NCBI RefSeq assembly: GCF_006345805.1
Contig: NC_043006.1
Location: forward strand, 102,486,001-102,550,000
DNA: 64,000 nucleotides
Direction: 5' to 3'
DNA from: Octopus sinensis
Lineage: Eukaryota
The first letter of the stretch is position 1. Every line of letters begins with the position of its first letter. The notes under the pieces were generated by a model. That model was not told the origin of the DNA and did no database searches. It worked only from the letters and a program-made list of their open reading frames with translations. Of this stretch, positions 1 through 12,289 are shown one piece after another. The position numbers were made by a program, and so were the translations under genes.

Positions 1-46
1 ATTAAATTTAATCAATAAATTAATTAGTTTATCTTTAATCTTTCAG

Positions 47-168
47 AGCGAAGTGATTTACATGGCGTGAAACCATTTTCTTATTTGGTGCTAAACCTTC
101 ACAAACCACTTGTGCCCAGTATACCAACTCTTATGACACTTCAGGAAGTCCATATGTTGTTCTCAGAG
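47..168 (+). CDS. M3A oligopeptidase A-like gene, internal exon (first in window): RSDLHGVKPFSYLVLNLHKPLVPSIPTLMTLQEVHMLFSE
   Basis: tttcag acceptor at 41-46 and GAG/gtattg donor at 169; open frame resembling the M3 segment P.LL...EV..LFHE; joins in frame with 1779. The gene continues upstream of the window. Confidence 0.9.
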
Positions 169-566
169 GTATTGACAGTTTATCTTTAACCCAGCCCTGT
201 ATTCTAATATCAGTTCATTACTCAGTTCATTTGCAGGTGCTGTCAAGGGATTGATTCATGCCAACACGGGTTAGGTGGTTTGACCAGGGCTGACAAGCTG
301 GAGAGCTGCACCAGGTTCCAGTCTGATTTGGCCTGGTTTCTACAGTTGGGTGCCCTTCCTAACACCAGCCACTTTACAGAGTGTGCTGCGTGCTTTTTAC
401 ATGCCATCATTGACCTTTCATTCAAGTGTGTGTTAGTGTGGATACAGCGTAGCTAAGAAGTTCACTTCGCAACCACGTGGTCCCACAAAATCACTTGCCT
501 CAGGTCAAACCAAATCTTGAGTGAAATTGGGTTGACAGAAACTGTGGGGAAACCCATCAAATATAT

Positions 567-638
567 TGTACCTATAATTCAGGGGTACCTATAATTCAGA
601 GGTACCTATAATTCAGGGGTACCCATAATTCAGAGGTA
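567..638. repeat. Minisatellite, ~4 x 17 bp (GGTACCTATAATTCAG[G/A])
   Basis: Directly visible tandem units. Confidence 0.9.
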
Positions 639-1097
639 CTTTTGTGTCATGCACTGTATCATGCTGATTCTGCCTAAGGATTATGTTAAGGATATACATG
701 TCTGTGGAATACTCAGCCACTCATTAATTCTATGGGTGGGTAATTCATTTGAGTGACTGAATCCTCACTGTCAAAACCAACAGAGATCCATTTACTTACT
801 TATATGTGTGGTGTGAGTTAGTTAGTTAGTTAGTTAATTATTTGGCTTAAAAAGCAAAAAGCAAGGCCATGTAGGGGAACATGGAGTTATGTACAGGGTG
901 GTGTTCATGTAAAGAGTTCAGGCCACTTGTGGTCAAGGGAGACTTTGAACCGAGTGGTCATCGGCATCTTCACTATCTCGTCTGGCAGCTTTAATCATTA
1001 ACTAAATTATCAATCAGATGTATGCTTTGCTTCCATTTTGTTTTACCCTTTTATGACTGCAACCACTGTTTATTGTGTGACAGGTAAGGGCATGTCT

Positions 1098-1318
1098 GAG
1101 GTGGTGAGCTGGCAGAAATGTTAGCACGCCGGGCGAAATGCATAGCCGTTACGTTCTGAGTTCAAATTCCGCCGAGGTCGACTTTGCCTTTCATCCTCTC
1201 GGGGTTGATAAACTAAGTACCAGTTACGCACTGGGGTCGATGTAATCGACTTAATCCCTTTGTCTGTCCTTGTTTGTCTCTTCTGTGTTTAGCCCCTTGT
1301 GGGTAGTCAAGAAATAGG
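1098..1318 (+). mobile_element. SINE, GGTGAGCTGGCAGAA family
   Basis: Same family at ~3718-3930, 15895-16090, 36146-36360 and 57755-57968 (minus), and fragments elsewhere. Confidence 0.85.
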
Positions 1319-1354
1319 TAAGGACATGTCTCCTTGGCGTCTGTCCCTCTAGGA

Positions 1355-1668
1355 CAGTGGTTCTCAACCAAACGCCATAAGATTGTGGGTCCTATAAGAT
1401 TTGTGGAGAAGGGGGTCCACACAAGAAAAATCGTAAATTGGGTCCACAGTTGTAATTTATGAGTCCATGAAAAAATTTTGCTTTAGGTGTATTCATTGCA
1501 AGAAGCAGCTACGTTTCTTTCTCTGACATTTTACATAATACAACCTACACAAGTAATTGTGTGATCAACAAAATAGGAATTTTGAAAGAAGTATCTATGA
1601 AACTAGTTTTTAAATGGCTATGGGGGTCCACCTGAATAAAATAGTAATAATCTGGTTGTGAACCACTG
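1355..1668. mobile_element. hAT-like MITE
   Basis: TIRs CAGTGGTTCTCAACC / GGTTGTGAACCACTG with subterminal GGGGTCCA motifs; TSD eroded. Confidence 0.75.
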
Positions 1669-1778
1669 CTTTGGATGGAGTTTTTAAAAAAATGGTCTTC
1701 TTCTTAGAAATGAAACTGTTTATAATGATAATGATATTTGTCATATTTCCTTGATAAATTCATTCTGTTTTATTCCAG

Positions 1779-1983
1779 TTTGGTCACGGTCTACAACAAA
1801 TGCTAACTACAGTTCCATACAGTGAGATAGCAGGTCAAAGAAATGTGGAATGGGATGCACTTCATGTCTGCTCCAGTTTCATGACCATGTGGCTATCTGA
1901 TGCACGTACCCTGAAAAGTTTAACATCTCACTATCAGACAGGTGAACCCATGCCCGATGAAATGGTGGACACACTTCTTAAAG
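1779..1983 (+). CDS. M3A oligopeptidase A-like exon: FGHGLQQMLTTVPYSEIAGQRNVEWDALHVCSSFM...HYQTGEPMP
   Basis: ttccag acceptor, G/gtaatc donor; matches oligopeptidase A motifs FGHGL..ML, VEWDAVELPSQFM and HY.TGEP.P. Confidence 0.95.
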
Positions 1984-2521
1984 GTAATCTTTATTTATAT
2001 CTTTGGTTTGTGTGTGAGAGAGGTGGGGTCTGTGGGTATTTGCATGTATAAAGGCACAATGGGTTTTAAGATGAAAATATTCAACTATTAATTTTCTCAT
2101 ACATATTGAGCTTCTTTCAATTTCCCTAACCAAACATACTCACAAAGCTTTGGTTGGCCTGGGGCTGCATTAGAAGACATCTGAGGGCTAAACTGAAAAC
2201 CATGTGGTTGTAAAGCAAACTCCTGTCTGTATTTAGTCATTTTTCCATATTTGCATGGTGGACTAATTTTAACTTTCTTTTCTCTCATTATAAATTTGAG
2301 CAGAAGCTGTCTGGGTTTTTTGCAGGTGGTTGTTATTCTTATTGTTAACCATTCAACAATGAAGTACAAACACAACCTGCTTTTGTCAGTTAAGTAAAAC
2401 TGAAGCACACTACAGTTATACACTTATGTTCATTGCCCATGAATACAACACAATAATTGTCATAAAATTTGAATTCATAACTATTTCATCAGAGCTGCAC
2501 ATTCATTCTTCCTGCTGATAT

Positions 2522-2910
2522 GGATGGAAGCACTCTGTCGGTTACGACGACGAGGGTTCCGGTTGATCCGAATCAACGGAACAGCCTACTCGTGAAATTA
2601 ACGTGTAAGTGGCTGAGCACTCCACAGACACATGTACCCTTAACGTAGTTCTCGGGGATATTCAGCGTGACACAGAGAGTGACAAGGCCGGTTCTTTGAA
2701 ATACAGGTACAACAGAAACAGGAAGTAAGAGTGAGAGAAAGTTGTGGTGAAAGAGTACAGCAGGGATCACCACCATCCCCTGCCGGAGCCTCGTGAAGCT
2801 TTTAGGTGTTTTCGCTCAATAAACACTCACAACGCCCGGTCTGGGAATCGAAACTGCGATCCTACGACTGAGAGTCCGCTGCCCTAACCACTGGGCCATT
2901 GCGCCTCCAC
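2522..2910 (-). mobile_element. Full-length tRNA-derived SINE
   Basis: A/B-box-like head GGAGGCGCAATGGCCCAGTGG...; 12-bp TSD TCCTGCTGATAT (2510-2521, 2911-2922). Confidence 0.88.
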
Positions 2911-3990
2911 TCCTGCTGATATCAATGATTAACGATACAATAGACTGCAGTGTTTTCTTTTTTGTTTTATTTGAAGCAGTGTATCATCATTTCATTTAAT
3001 TATTTTCCACGCTGGCATGGGTTGGGTGGTTTGACAGGACCTGGCAAGGTCAGAGGCCGCACCACGCTCCATTATCTGTTCTGGCATGGTTTCTATGGCT
3101 GGATGCCCTTCCTAATGCCAACCATTTTACAGAGTGTACAAAGAGTGCTTTTTACATGACACCACCATTAGTATCAATTCTGATGTGAAGAACAGGTTTT
3201 CTTGAATACAGCAAGGCATCAGGTGTCTTGGTCCTTTGTCAAGGTGCTGGGAGATGTATGGTTGTGTAAATCAATCCAGCACATGACTGGTACTTGCTTT
3301 ATTAACCATCAATTCATGGAAGTCAGACCTGACATGGGCAAGATTTGAATTCAGAATGTAATCAAAATGAGCAAGTCTGCCACTCTCCTGAATCTGTCAT
3401 CCAGCATTCTTTGTAATGATAAAGTTCAATGAATTATACAATTATATTGTGGTGGCTGTTGTTTAGCACCAGGTCTTTCCTAGTCTAACAAATCTATGAT
3501 AGAAGGCATTCCAACCAAGGCCCTCCTGCTTTTTTGTCTATCTTGCCTGGCTTTGACCATTGTACTCCTTTTTACCAAGATGGTTGGATCTAATTTCAAG
3601 GAAGTTTGAATGTTATTTCTAGCAGGTCAACATCCCCTTTTGGTTCAGATTAAGTTATATATTTTCTAGCAGTTTGTCCATTTAATTATTAATATTAATT
3701 ATATTATCTAATTAAAGCAGTGAGCTGCCAGAATCATTAGTTCACCGGGCAGAGTGCTTAGCAAATTTTCACCCCTCTTTATTTTCTGAATTTAAATTCT
3801 GCCAAGGTTGACTTTGCCTTTCATCCTTTTGGGGTCTATAAAATAAGTACCAGTTGAGTACTGTGGTCAATGTAATTGACTTAGTTCCTCCCCTGATATC
3901 CTAGCCTTGTGCCAAAATTTGAAACCAATATTAATTATTTAATTTGATTCTATTTCTGATATGGCTTTTTATAAAATTTGTCATTGTCAG

Positions 3991-4066
3991 GTCAGAAACA
4001 CATGATCGGATTTGATATGATGCGACAGCTCTACCTGAGTGCATTAGACATGGAATTATATATCAG
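3991..4066 (+). CDS. M3A oligopeptidase A-like exon: (G)QKHMIGFDMMRQLYLSALDMELYI
   Basis: tgtcag acceptor, AG/gtaagt donor; phase 1 in, phase 2 out; matches M3 RQL....DMELH. Confidence 0.92.
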
Positions 4067-5079
4067 GTAAGTACTCTGTTTCTCTGCTTATGTGGTGCAA
4101 ATCATATCAACAAAATGATGGTGCTAATGATATCAGCAAACTGACAGTGCTCATGATATCTGCCAAGTGATGGTGCCAATGTGCTAATGATATCGGCAAA
4201 CTGACCCCTACAAATCCTTCATTTCAATATTCATTTCTTTCACAGATACATGAAGGTCTATGACTTAGTGGTTAGCATGTTGCACTTGTGGTTTTGCTTC
4301 CCAGATTGAATGGTGCATTATATTCTTGAGCTAAACAATTCATTTCATCTTTCTCCAGTTCACTTAGCTGTAAACTCTGCAATAGTCTCACCCAATTCAG
4401 GGGCCACAGTCACTTGTACAAGATGGAAAACATGTAACTGGCCTCATGGTCCTCGGGCTCAGGACAATACTTACTTGCATAGACACACAGACATGAAATT
4501 GTGTGCTTAGCTTCAATTTACACCTTCTCTTCATGTCTTTAATCACATAGTGGTCTTTGCAATGATGGTTTTGGGCATGGCAATAATGGTGGTGAATGGC
4601 ATGCCTAACAAAAAAATTACTTTAAATTCTTTTAGGGGTAAGCCTTGTCTCGTGTGGCCTGCTTCTCGAGAAATGGTGTTCATGCCTGAGACAGGAAATG
4701 GGAAGTTTGTGAATTTGCTGAGATCTTGTTTTTACGTTCATCCTTTTTCAAAATCCTCAAGTTAAAGTTGGGATGTGCTTTGGAGGTGCTTTAAAGTGTC
4801 CCAGAAGTAGAGTAGTTATAGTAATTGATACCTAGAAGGACAGTAATTAGAACAAATATATCAAAAAGCAATTTCTTATATAAAGACAAGGGTCATACGT
4901 TTTGTAGGAATGGAGAGTAAGCAGTCAGTCGAAGGAAAACCAGTATATGACTGGTACTTATTTCACTAGAGATATGAAAGACAAAGCCAAACATCAGCAA
5001 AATTTGAACATCAAATGTAGTTTGAAACAGGCTTCCTGCCATCTCCACAACTCCAATATCTTCATTACCACTTGCATAA

Positions 5080-5376
5080 TCTTTATATATAAAACTGAAG
5101 TTGTGTGTGTGAGTCTGTCTCCTCCGATTTAGATTCCTAACTACTCCCACATTTTGCAGTGCATTTTAACCAAAAGTGGATATCTTATAGTCGTGATTCA
5201 TATCGAGCCCTTCTGGGTATTAGCGCGCGTCTACGATGATAAAAAAATTTACCATCATTTTTTCGCATTTTTAATGCATTTTTTGCATAAGATTATCTTA
5301 TAAGGGAAGTAACTCTGTAAAAATGCTTATATAGTTATTTCCCTTATACCCGAGCAACGCCGGGCGATACTGCTAG
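5080..5376 (+). mobile_element. Non-autonomous Helitron
   Basis: A|TC 5' end, CCCGAGCAACGCCGGG hairpin, CTAG|T 3' end; homologous to 21372-21728. Confidence 0.8.
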
Positions 5377-5448
5377 TATATCATAACTTTATCCTTTTTC
5401 ATCTCATATCAATCCTTTTTTCTCTGTTATTTTTTCATGAAATTCCAG

Positions 5449-5596
5449 CAAAGAACACTGGCATGAAGTAATGAATCGCATCTGGGATGACTACATGTTA
5501 CTACCTCTCAGTGAAGACGATGCCCATCCTTGCTCTTTCACCCATATTTTCTCTGATCAACATCCAGCCGCTTATTACTCTCATAAGTGGTCTGAA
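5449..5596 (+). CDS. M3A oligopeptidase A-like exon: KEHWHEV...CSFTHIFSDQHPAAYYSHKWSE
   Basis: ttccag acceptor, GAA/gtaagt donor; matches M3 FSHIF.GGY.AGYYSY.WAE. Confidence 0.95.
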
Positions 5597-7550
5597 GTAA
5601 GTTGCAACCTACCTTTTTTTTATTTTTTCTGATTTTTTTTTTTGACATTACATTAACTTTATTTCAATTCTTAATTTTAAAAGATGAAACAGAAAGAAAA
5701 TAAAAATAAAAAAAAATTAAAGAAAATAGATTGGGGGTGGTGGGCCACATGTCCTAGAACAAGTGGGGTACTCAGCTGCACCCCACAGTAATGACTGCAA
5801 CGGCATTACTGTGGAGAATGGGCAGTGACACCCACTGCAGTAGCCACTCCACCACGCAGGGCTCATTTCTCCAACGGGCTGCTGCCATCCCTATTTTGCA
5901 GAGGAAATCAGTAGTCTCGATGGCAAGTGGCACAAACTGATAACATCCAGCCAGGACCCTGTACTGAGTGATTTTTTTCCTCCTCCACAATATGGGTGGC
6001 AACAGCAGGGTTTTGTTTGTGGTTTCTTTTATTGGATTGTAGCTATGCTTCAAATGCCTCAAAGAGTTTTAAAAGATCAAATCTATCTCAGTACTTATTT
6101 TAAACTCTGCTCCTTATTCTGTCATTTTCTTCTGAGCTGCTAGATTACAGGGACATAAACACACATGCACAGAGCAGGCATCCATATAGTTTCTGTCGAT
6201 TCAATTAGAAAGCAGATGCTTGCCCTCCACCATGCCTGCCAACCCAGCATGACATTATCTTGCCACCTGCATCAGCTGCCACATACTTAAAGCTGTGGGA
6301 GTTGAAGATTATCTATTTCTTTCATGCCTCATTTGAATTGAAAGGCAATATGTCCATAGCCATACATGCACACGTATTTAATCTGCGTATGTACACATTA
6401 CTGGATACTCATTGACTCTTCTGAATTTATCTGTCCTGTCTTTGTCATCCTCTAGAGTGTCCAGAAATTCCCTCCCCTCATCAGCCAAGCCTAGTTAACC
6501 CTTTAGAATTCAATCCAGCCATATCCAGCCCAAATATTTTGCTCTTTTGTTAAAACTGGCCATATCTAACCTTTCTCACCTACCCTACAGTGTCATTCTA
6601 AAAATATACAAATACACCATTGAACTCTTGAAGCTGCAAGATAATGCATGATTAATTCAAAATAATGCAAATAAATAAACAATATATTTGAGAAAGAAGT
6701 CTGAATGCGAAAGGGTTTAAGTTGCTGATGACCCAACCATCCAGCAGATTGTATTGGGCTACAGGTTAATAATAATAGTGCTCGTAGTAATGTCACACTG
6801 CTATGCAAATCCTATAATTAAAGGGATATGTGGCTGTATATCTATCATCATATCTGACACAAGTGAAAAAGGTCCAAACACACCCTCCAATTTAACACCA
6901 TTGTCTGGTCTTTGTGTTTTTTTTAGGCCAGTTCAGTCCACAAGTGTTTGGAGCAGAGCTCCTGTTTCCTACAGATGTTCAGTCCAAAGATCAAGCTACA
7001 TCAATATCACCAGTGTGGGAGAGCAGCAAGCAAAGGACAAAGACATCACTCCCCTCCCCATCATTTGGTCAATTTATATGAAAAAACATAAATCTATTCA
7101 GGGATAGGAAAATCTTATCCTGGTACCTATTATTCAGCTAAAGAAGTTGAGGCAAATATATAACTGTCATGTCTAGAGTTGCAGTAGAATGCCTAGACTG
7201 AGATCTGAACTCATGACTCTTTTGTTCAGTTGTCTGATATCTAAACATCTCAGCTATTTCACTTTGGTGCAAAGTTTGGTAATAATAGCATTCCCTAATA
7301 ATAAGAGTTACCATGTTAACAGCTGGATCAATTCCAGGAGTAATTTGATTCTTTTCAAGATTTTTTGCTTCAGTTTTCACACTTTCATCATAATGCAGCA
7401 TCCACTTCCTCAGGATGGCATGGGTTGGACGGTTTGACATGGTTTGACCAGTTGGAGTATTGTGCCATGCACCAATGTCTACTTTAGGCGTGGTTTCTAT
7501 GGCTAGATTCCCTTCCTAACAGAAACTAAATTTAAATGGTCTCCTTTCAG

Positions 7551-7630
7551 ATGATAGCAGCTGACATCTTCGCTGCTTTTGAAGAAGTTGGTCTGGAACA
7601 GACAGAGCTTGTATCAGCCATTGGAAGACG
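7551..7630 (+). CDS. M3A oligopeptidase A-like exon: MIAADIFAAFEEVGLEQTELVSAIGR
   Basis: tttcag acceptor, CG/gtaagt donor; matches M3 ADAF.AFEE.GL....G.RF. Confidence 0.93.
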
Positions 7631-8491
7631 GTAAGTAACTGTGGAAGATGATCTCTTACGATTAATCTGTAAGCCATGAGTTGAGAGCTGAGTCCTGGAG
7701 GCTCCAGAAATTGAATATCATTTATAGTGATTATAGGCTTACGACACAATTTTCAAAATTCATAAAATGTTTGTTGAGATAGGGGATAAATCCTGGTGCT
7801 TTAAGGAGGGGGTCTTCTTCCTTGTTTCCATGGATTTCTTCCCCTCTTACAATTTTATGTTGTAAAACACCAGAGAACCATTTCACTCTCATTGGAATTA
7901 AATGTTATTTGTAAATGTTTGAACATTAAAATTGTTGGAAATTTACAATATGAAACTCCTTCCATCAACTGAATTTACTGACATTTAAAATCTCCTAAAT
8001 ATTTATATTACTATTTGATATTTGTTCATAATTAGATACTTTAATTACCAGGTTTAGAATTCGAGTGGGTAGGCAGACATGGACCGAACTCAAAAGCTTC
8101 CAAATACCCTTTTTCACTTAACCATTATTCCGTAAAGATTTCTGTCATGATAGAATGTCATGTTAGTTCAGATGTACTTATATATTTTTCAAAATTTATA
8201 TTTATTTATAATGTAAAGTGCTTTTGTAGTTTACATTTTTCCAAACACATTTATGTGATAAACTGTAAAAGTAGCATTGACTGCTGTCCAGAATATATCT
8301 CATCTTTTTTTTTTTTTTTACTGTGATTGATAATTTTTAATTTAAGAAAAGTTTTCTTCAAATATTTTGACTATCAGAAATTGTAAAAAAACTATATAAT
8401 AATATAGATAAAATATTTCTTTTTCAATCATTTTAGGAGAAAAACATTTATTCTTAATCTGTTGTGTCATTTTCTTTTTTGTGCCTTATTT

Positions 8492-10124
8492 AACACACTC
8501 ACTGGTAAAATTTCCACTTATTTCTTAATTTTTATTTTCTAAAATTTTCATTGCGTCTTGCAACATTTTCAGTAGTTTTGACTCTGTCCATTATTTACAC
8601 TGCGTTCCCTTTTGTTTGTTTGTGCGCATGTGTGTGAGTCATTGTGTGTGTGTGTGTTTGCATGTGTATGTATGTGTGTTTGCATGTGTATGTATATATG
8701 TATGTATGTATGTATGTGTGTGCATCTGTATGTACGTATCCTGCACATATATGTGCTTGCCTGTCTGTCTTTGTGTATTTTCTATGTATGTGTGTGTGAG
8801 TGTGTGCATGTGTTATGTAACTATGTACCATGTTTGTATGTGCATTTTGATATGCGTGGATCCATGTCTCCATATGTGTCTGTTCATATAGTCTATATAC
8901 CTATCCGTCTGTATATTGATCTTTCTGAAGGTTCGTGTATACAGGGGGAACTAGAAAGAAATTAGATAACGTTATACATAATGATACCAGTGGTACCTGC
9001 CCTAGATATAGAAACAAAGAATGGAATAGAGTACAAAGATCTTGTGACAAAGCAAACAGGGCAAACACGTAGTATAAAACCGACAAATATCAAGGAGTGA
9101 TGTTTGTAGAGGCCACAACCCATGGAGAGCTAGCCCGTAGATTTAGAAAAGCTCTGAAGGAGACCAAACTCAACATTAAGATTGTTGAAAAGCCAGGGAA
9201 CTCCGTCAGATCACAACTATGTAGGATGTACCCGTTTAAGAATACCACATGCACCAATGATAACTGCATGGTATGTAGGATTAGCCCTGGCATTAAATGT
9301 AGAACTCAAAATGTAGTTTACAGCATAAGATGCATAGAAGGTGCTTGTAAGGACATGAACATGATGTAGATAGGGGAGACATCTAGGAGCATTGCGGAAC
9401 GGATAAATGAACATCTGAGACAATATGACGAGAGAAAACAGTCCTCCATGCTCTACCAACATGTCAAAGACCACCATGGAGGTAACTTGGGTCAACTTGA
9501 CATCCGCATCTTATCCAAGCACCCAAAAGACCCAACATTAAGACAAATACAGTAGTACGTCCTTATAAATGAAACCTCCCCAATACTAAATAGGAAATAT
9601 ACACAGTAAATACCATACCTCCATACCCACAGTTTACACAGGTAGAGTAGAAGAGTTAGTGGACTGTTAGGTAGATAAATGTATGTATGTGGGTGAGTGT
9701 GTGTGTATGCCCTTTTTTTTTTATTTCTGTATGTAAGCATATATATATATATATGTAAATAAACAGATCAATATACAGACGGATAGGTATATAGACTATA
9801 TGAACAGACACATATGGAGACACGGATCCACACATATAAAGATGCACATCCATACATACAAACATGGTACATAGTTACACACACATATACAAACACATGC
9901 TCACACACACACACACACATAGAAAATACACAAACAGGCAAGCACATAAATATGCAGGATACGTACACACATACATACACACATATACGTACATGCATGC
10001 ATAGGCACACACACTGACCCATGCACACAAACAAACAAAAGGGAACGCAGTGTAAATAACGGACAGAGTCAAGACTATTGAAAAGGTTGCAAGACGCAAC
10101 GAAAGTTTTACCGGTGAGTGTGTT
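8492..10124 (+). mobile_element. Penelope-like element remnant: GIY-YIG endonuclease fragment between inverted terminal repeats
   Basis: Translation near 9097-9600: CRTQNVVYSIRC...M*IGETSRSIAERINEH...LYQHVKDHH; inverted repeats 8492-8922 / 9765-10124. Confidence 0.8.
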
Positions 10125-10324
10125 CAAATATTTTGACTATCAGAAATTGTAAAAAACTTTATATAATACGGATTAAATATTTCATTTTCAATCATTTTAG
10201 AAGAAAAACATTTATTCTTAATATGCTCTCATTATGATTATTATTATTCACTTTTTTTTTTATTTAATCCTCATAAGTGTGTTTTGGCTGAATAACTTTG
10301 TTTTGCTTTTTGAATTGTTTCCAG

Positions 10325-10436
10325 ATTTCGCGACACATTTCTTGCCCTGGGTGGCTCAATGTCAGCCAACAAGATTTTCAGAATGTTCCGTGGACGAGAT
10401 CCATCTCCAGATGTCATCAAGAGAATATGGAAATAG
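10325..10436 (+). CDS. M3A oligopeptidase A-like terminal coding exon: FRDTFLALGGSMSANKIFRMFRGRDPSPDVIKRIWK*
   Basis: ttccag acceptor in phase 2; matches M3 C-terminal FRDT.LA.GGS......F..FRGR.P; TAG at 10434-10436. Confidence 0.95.
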
Positions 10437-12255
10437 TGTCAACAAGTAGATATTTTAGATTCATAATTATTAACTTCATTTGAGTGAACTCTTTTGTAAA
10501 TACCAAAAATACCAGATTGCCATTACAGACCTCAGATCAGAAACTTTGTCTGCAAAGACATCTACCATATTTCATAAAAAGAAAGAAAAAAAATTGTGTG
10601 TAAAATACACACAGAACTGTATTAGAGAAATGCATATAATATATGCATTCTTTTTGAGAATAGGGGCCACTCATAAAGCTATAAATAATAGCTTGTAATA
10701 CCAAGTTGAAAATCCCTTTTGGAAAAAATAGTATCTTTTTTGCTATCCAAACAGGATTTTCAACCCATTATTTACACGTTCTTATTCTTACCTTAATGTA
10801 GCCCTTGAGAGGCCCTATTCCAAAAAAGAATTATTTCAGGTTTTCTTGGAAGTTTATATATGCCATTACATATATGTAATGGTACAAAGCCATAAATTTA
10901 GGATAAAGCTTAGATACATAATTGATTAATGTTGAGCAAACAGTACATGCCAAAAAAAACCCAACTTTAGCAGGATTCCTTCTCAAAAATGACCAAATCT
11001 CCTAATGACTGTTCTATATCTAGTTTTTCATCCCAATTTGATTATATTAAATATTCCATGGTTTGTCTTATTCAGTTAAGTATTGGATATCAGTCATTTA
11101 TTAGAATGTAATGACTAATGAAGTGAAAAAGCAAAATATGACCTGTGCCAAATTTAGGTAGGAAGGCTACAAGGAACTAAAAAAAAGAAATAGAGAGTAA
11201 AGAGTGCCATTTGCCATTCTACCCTCATTTTTACAAGGATGGTAGAATGGCCTTGTAGTATTTGTTCCAGCTCTTTGTGTTTTGAGTTCAAATCTCACTG
11301 AAGTCAAGATTACTTTTCATTCTTTGAGGGTCAATGGTACCATCTAATTCCATCCCCTCAAAAAAAATTCCTGGCCTTGTGTCTAACTTACAAAATCCTA
11401 TCATTTTTCTGTCTGGCTTGAGCAAGACTTGAAGGCAGTGTGTCACTGCTGGAGGCTCCGTACAAATAACATTTTGAGCTCAGTTTGGGTTAAATTTTTG
11501 GATGATTAAAATTAGAATATAGAGTATCCAGCCCCCTCTGTAAAGTTGTTGGTGTTAGGTAGGGCATCCAGCTGTAAAAACCATGCCAAAACAGACCGCT
11601 TGGTGCAGTCCTCCTCTGGCTTGCCAGCTCCTGTCAAGTCATTCCATCCATGCCAGCATGGAAAACTGATACCCACCACCTACTTTAGTTTTGAGTAAAC
11701 TTTGTACAAGCTAAAGACATACACAACCACTTATGTATAAGTGATGGGAACAGATATTGTTTCCAATTGAGGTACAAGGCAATTTTGAGGGGCAGGGTTA
11801 GCCAAATATTTCAACCCCTGGATGGATGAAAAGCTTAGTTGATCTTAGAATGTAAAGAGCTGATACAAAAACCACAAAACATTTTTCTGATACTGTAACA
11901 ATTTTACCAATTCACTGTTCTAGTGATATACATCGAAATCTTAAGTATTAAAATGTCTCTTATCTATAATTTGAATAATCCTAATTTATTAGGTGCATAA
12001 ATTAAGATAATAGCTGGTACTTTATCGCTAGAGAAGTCCCCACCCTCCCATACAAAGAAGTGTGTGCCTGTGTGGGTTTTTGTGCTGTTACATATTGTAG
12101 ATGTCTCCAGAGGTGGGTAACTTTGAGGGAGGGGGAGAAGCTAAAGGATAAAGTTTCATAAAAACAAAAACAGTTGAGTGGGGGTGGGGGGTACTAGAGA
12201 GAAATTCTTTTATCTATCAATTTGCTTTTATATATGTAAATATATATGTATGTAT

Positions 12256-12289
<34 letters not shown>

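Noticed and set aside
163-165. RNA editing restoring the missing His of HEXXH
   Set aside because: A-to-I editing of TCA gives TCG, still Ser.
8595-10127. Clusters of ORFs rich in C/V/Y/M or H/T at 8595-8965 and 9656-10127
   Set aside because: Microsatellite tracts within the Penelope inverted arms.
47-10436. Bacterial contamination or recent horizontal transfer of oligopeptidase A
   Set aside because: The gene has at least five spliceosomal introns filled with host repeats.
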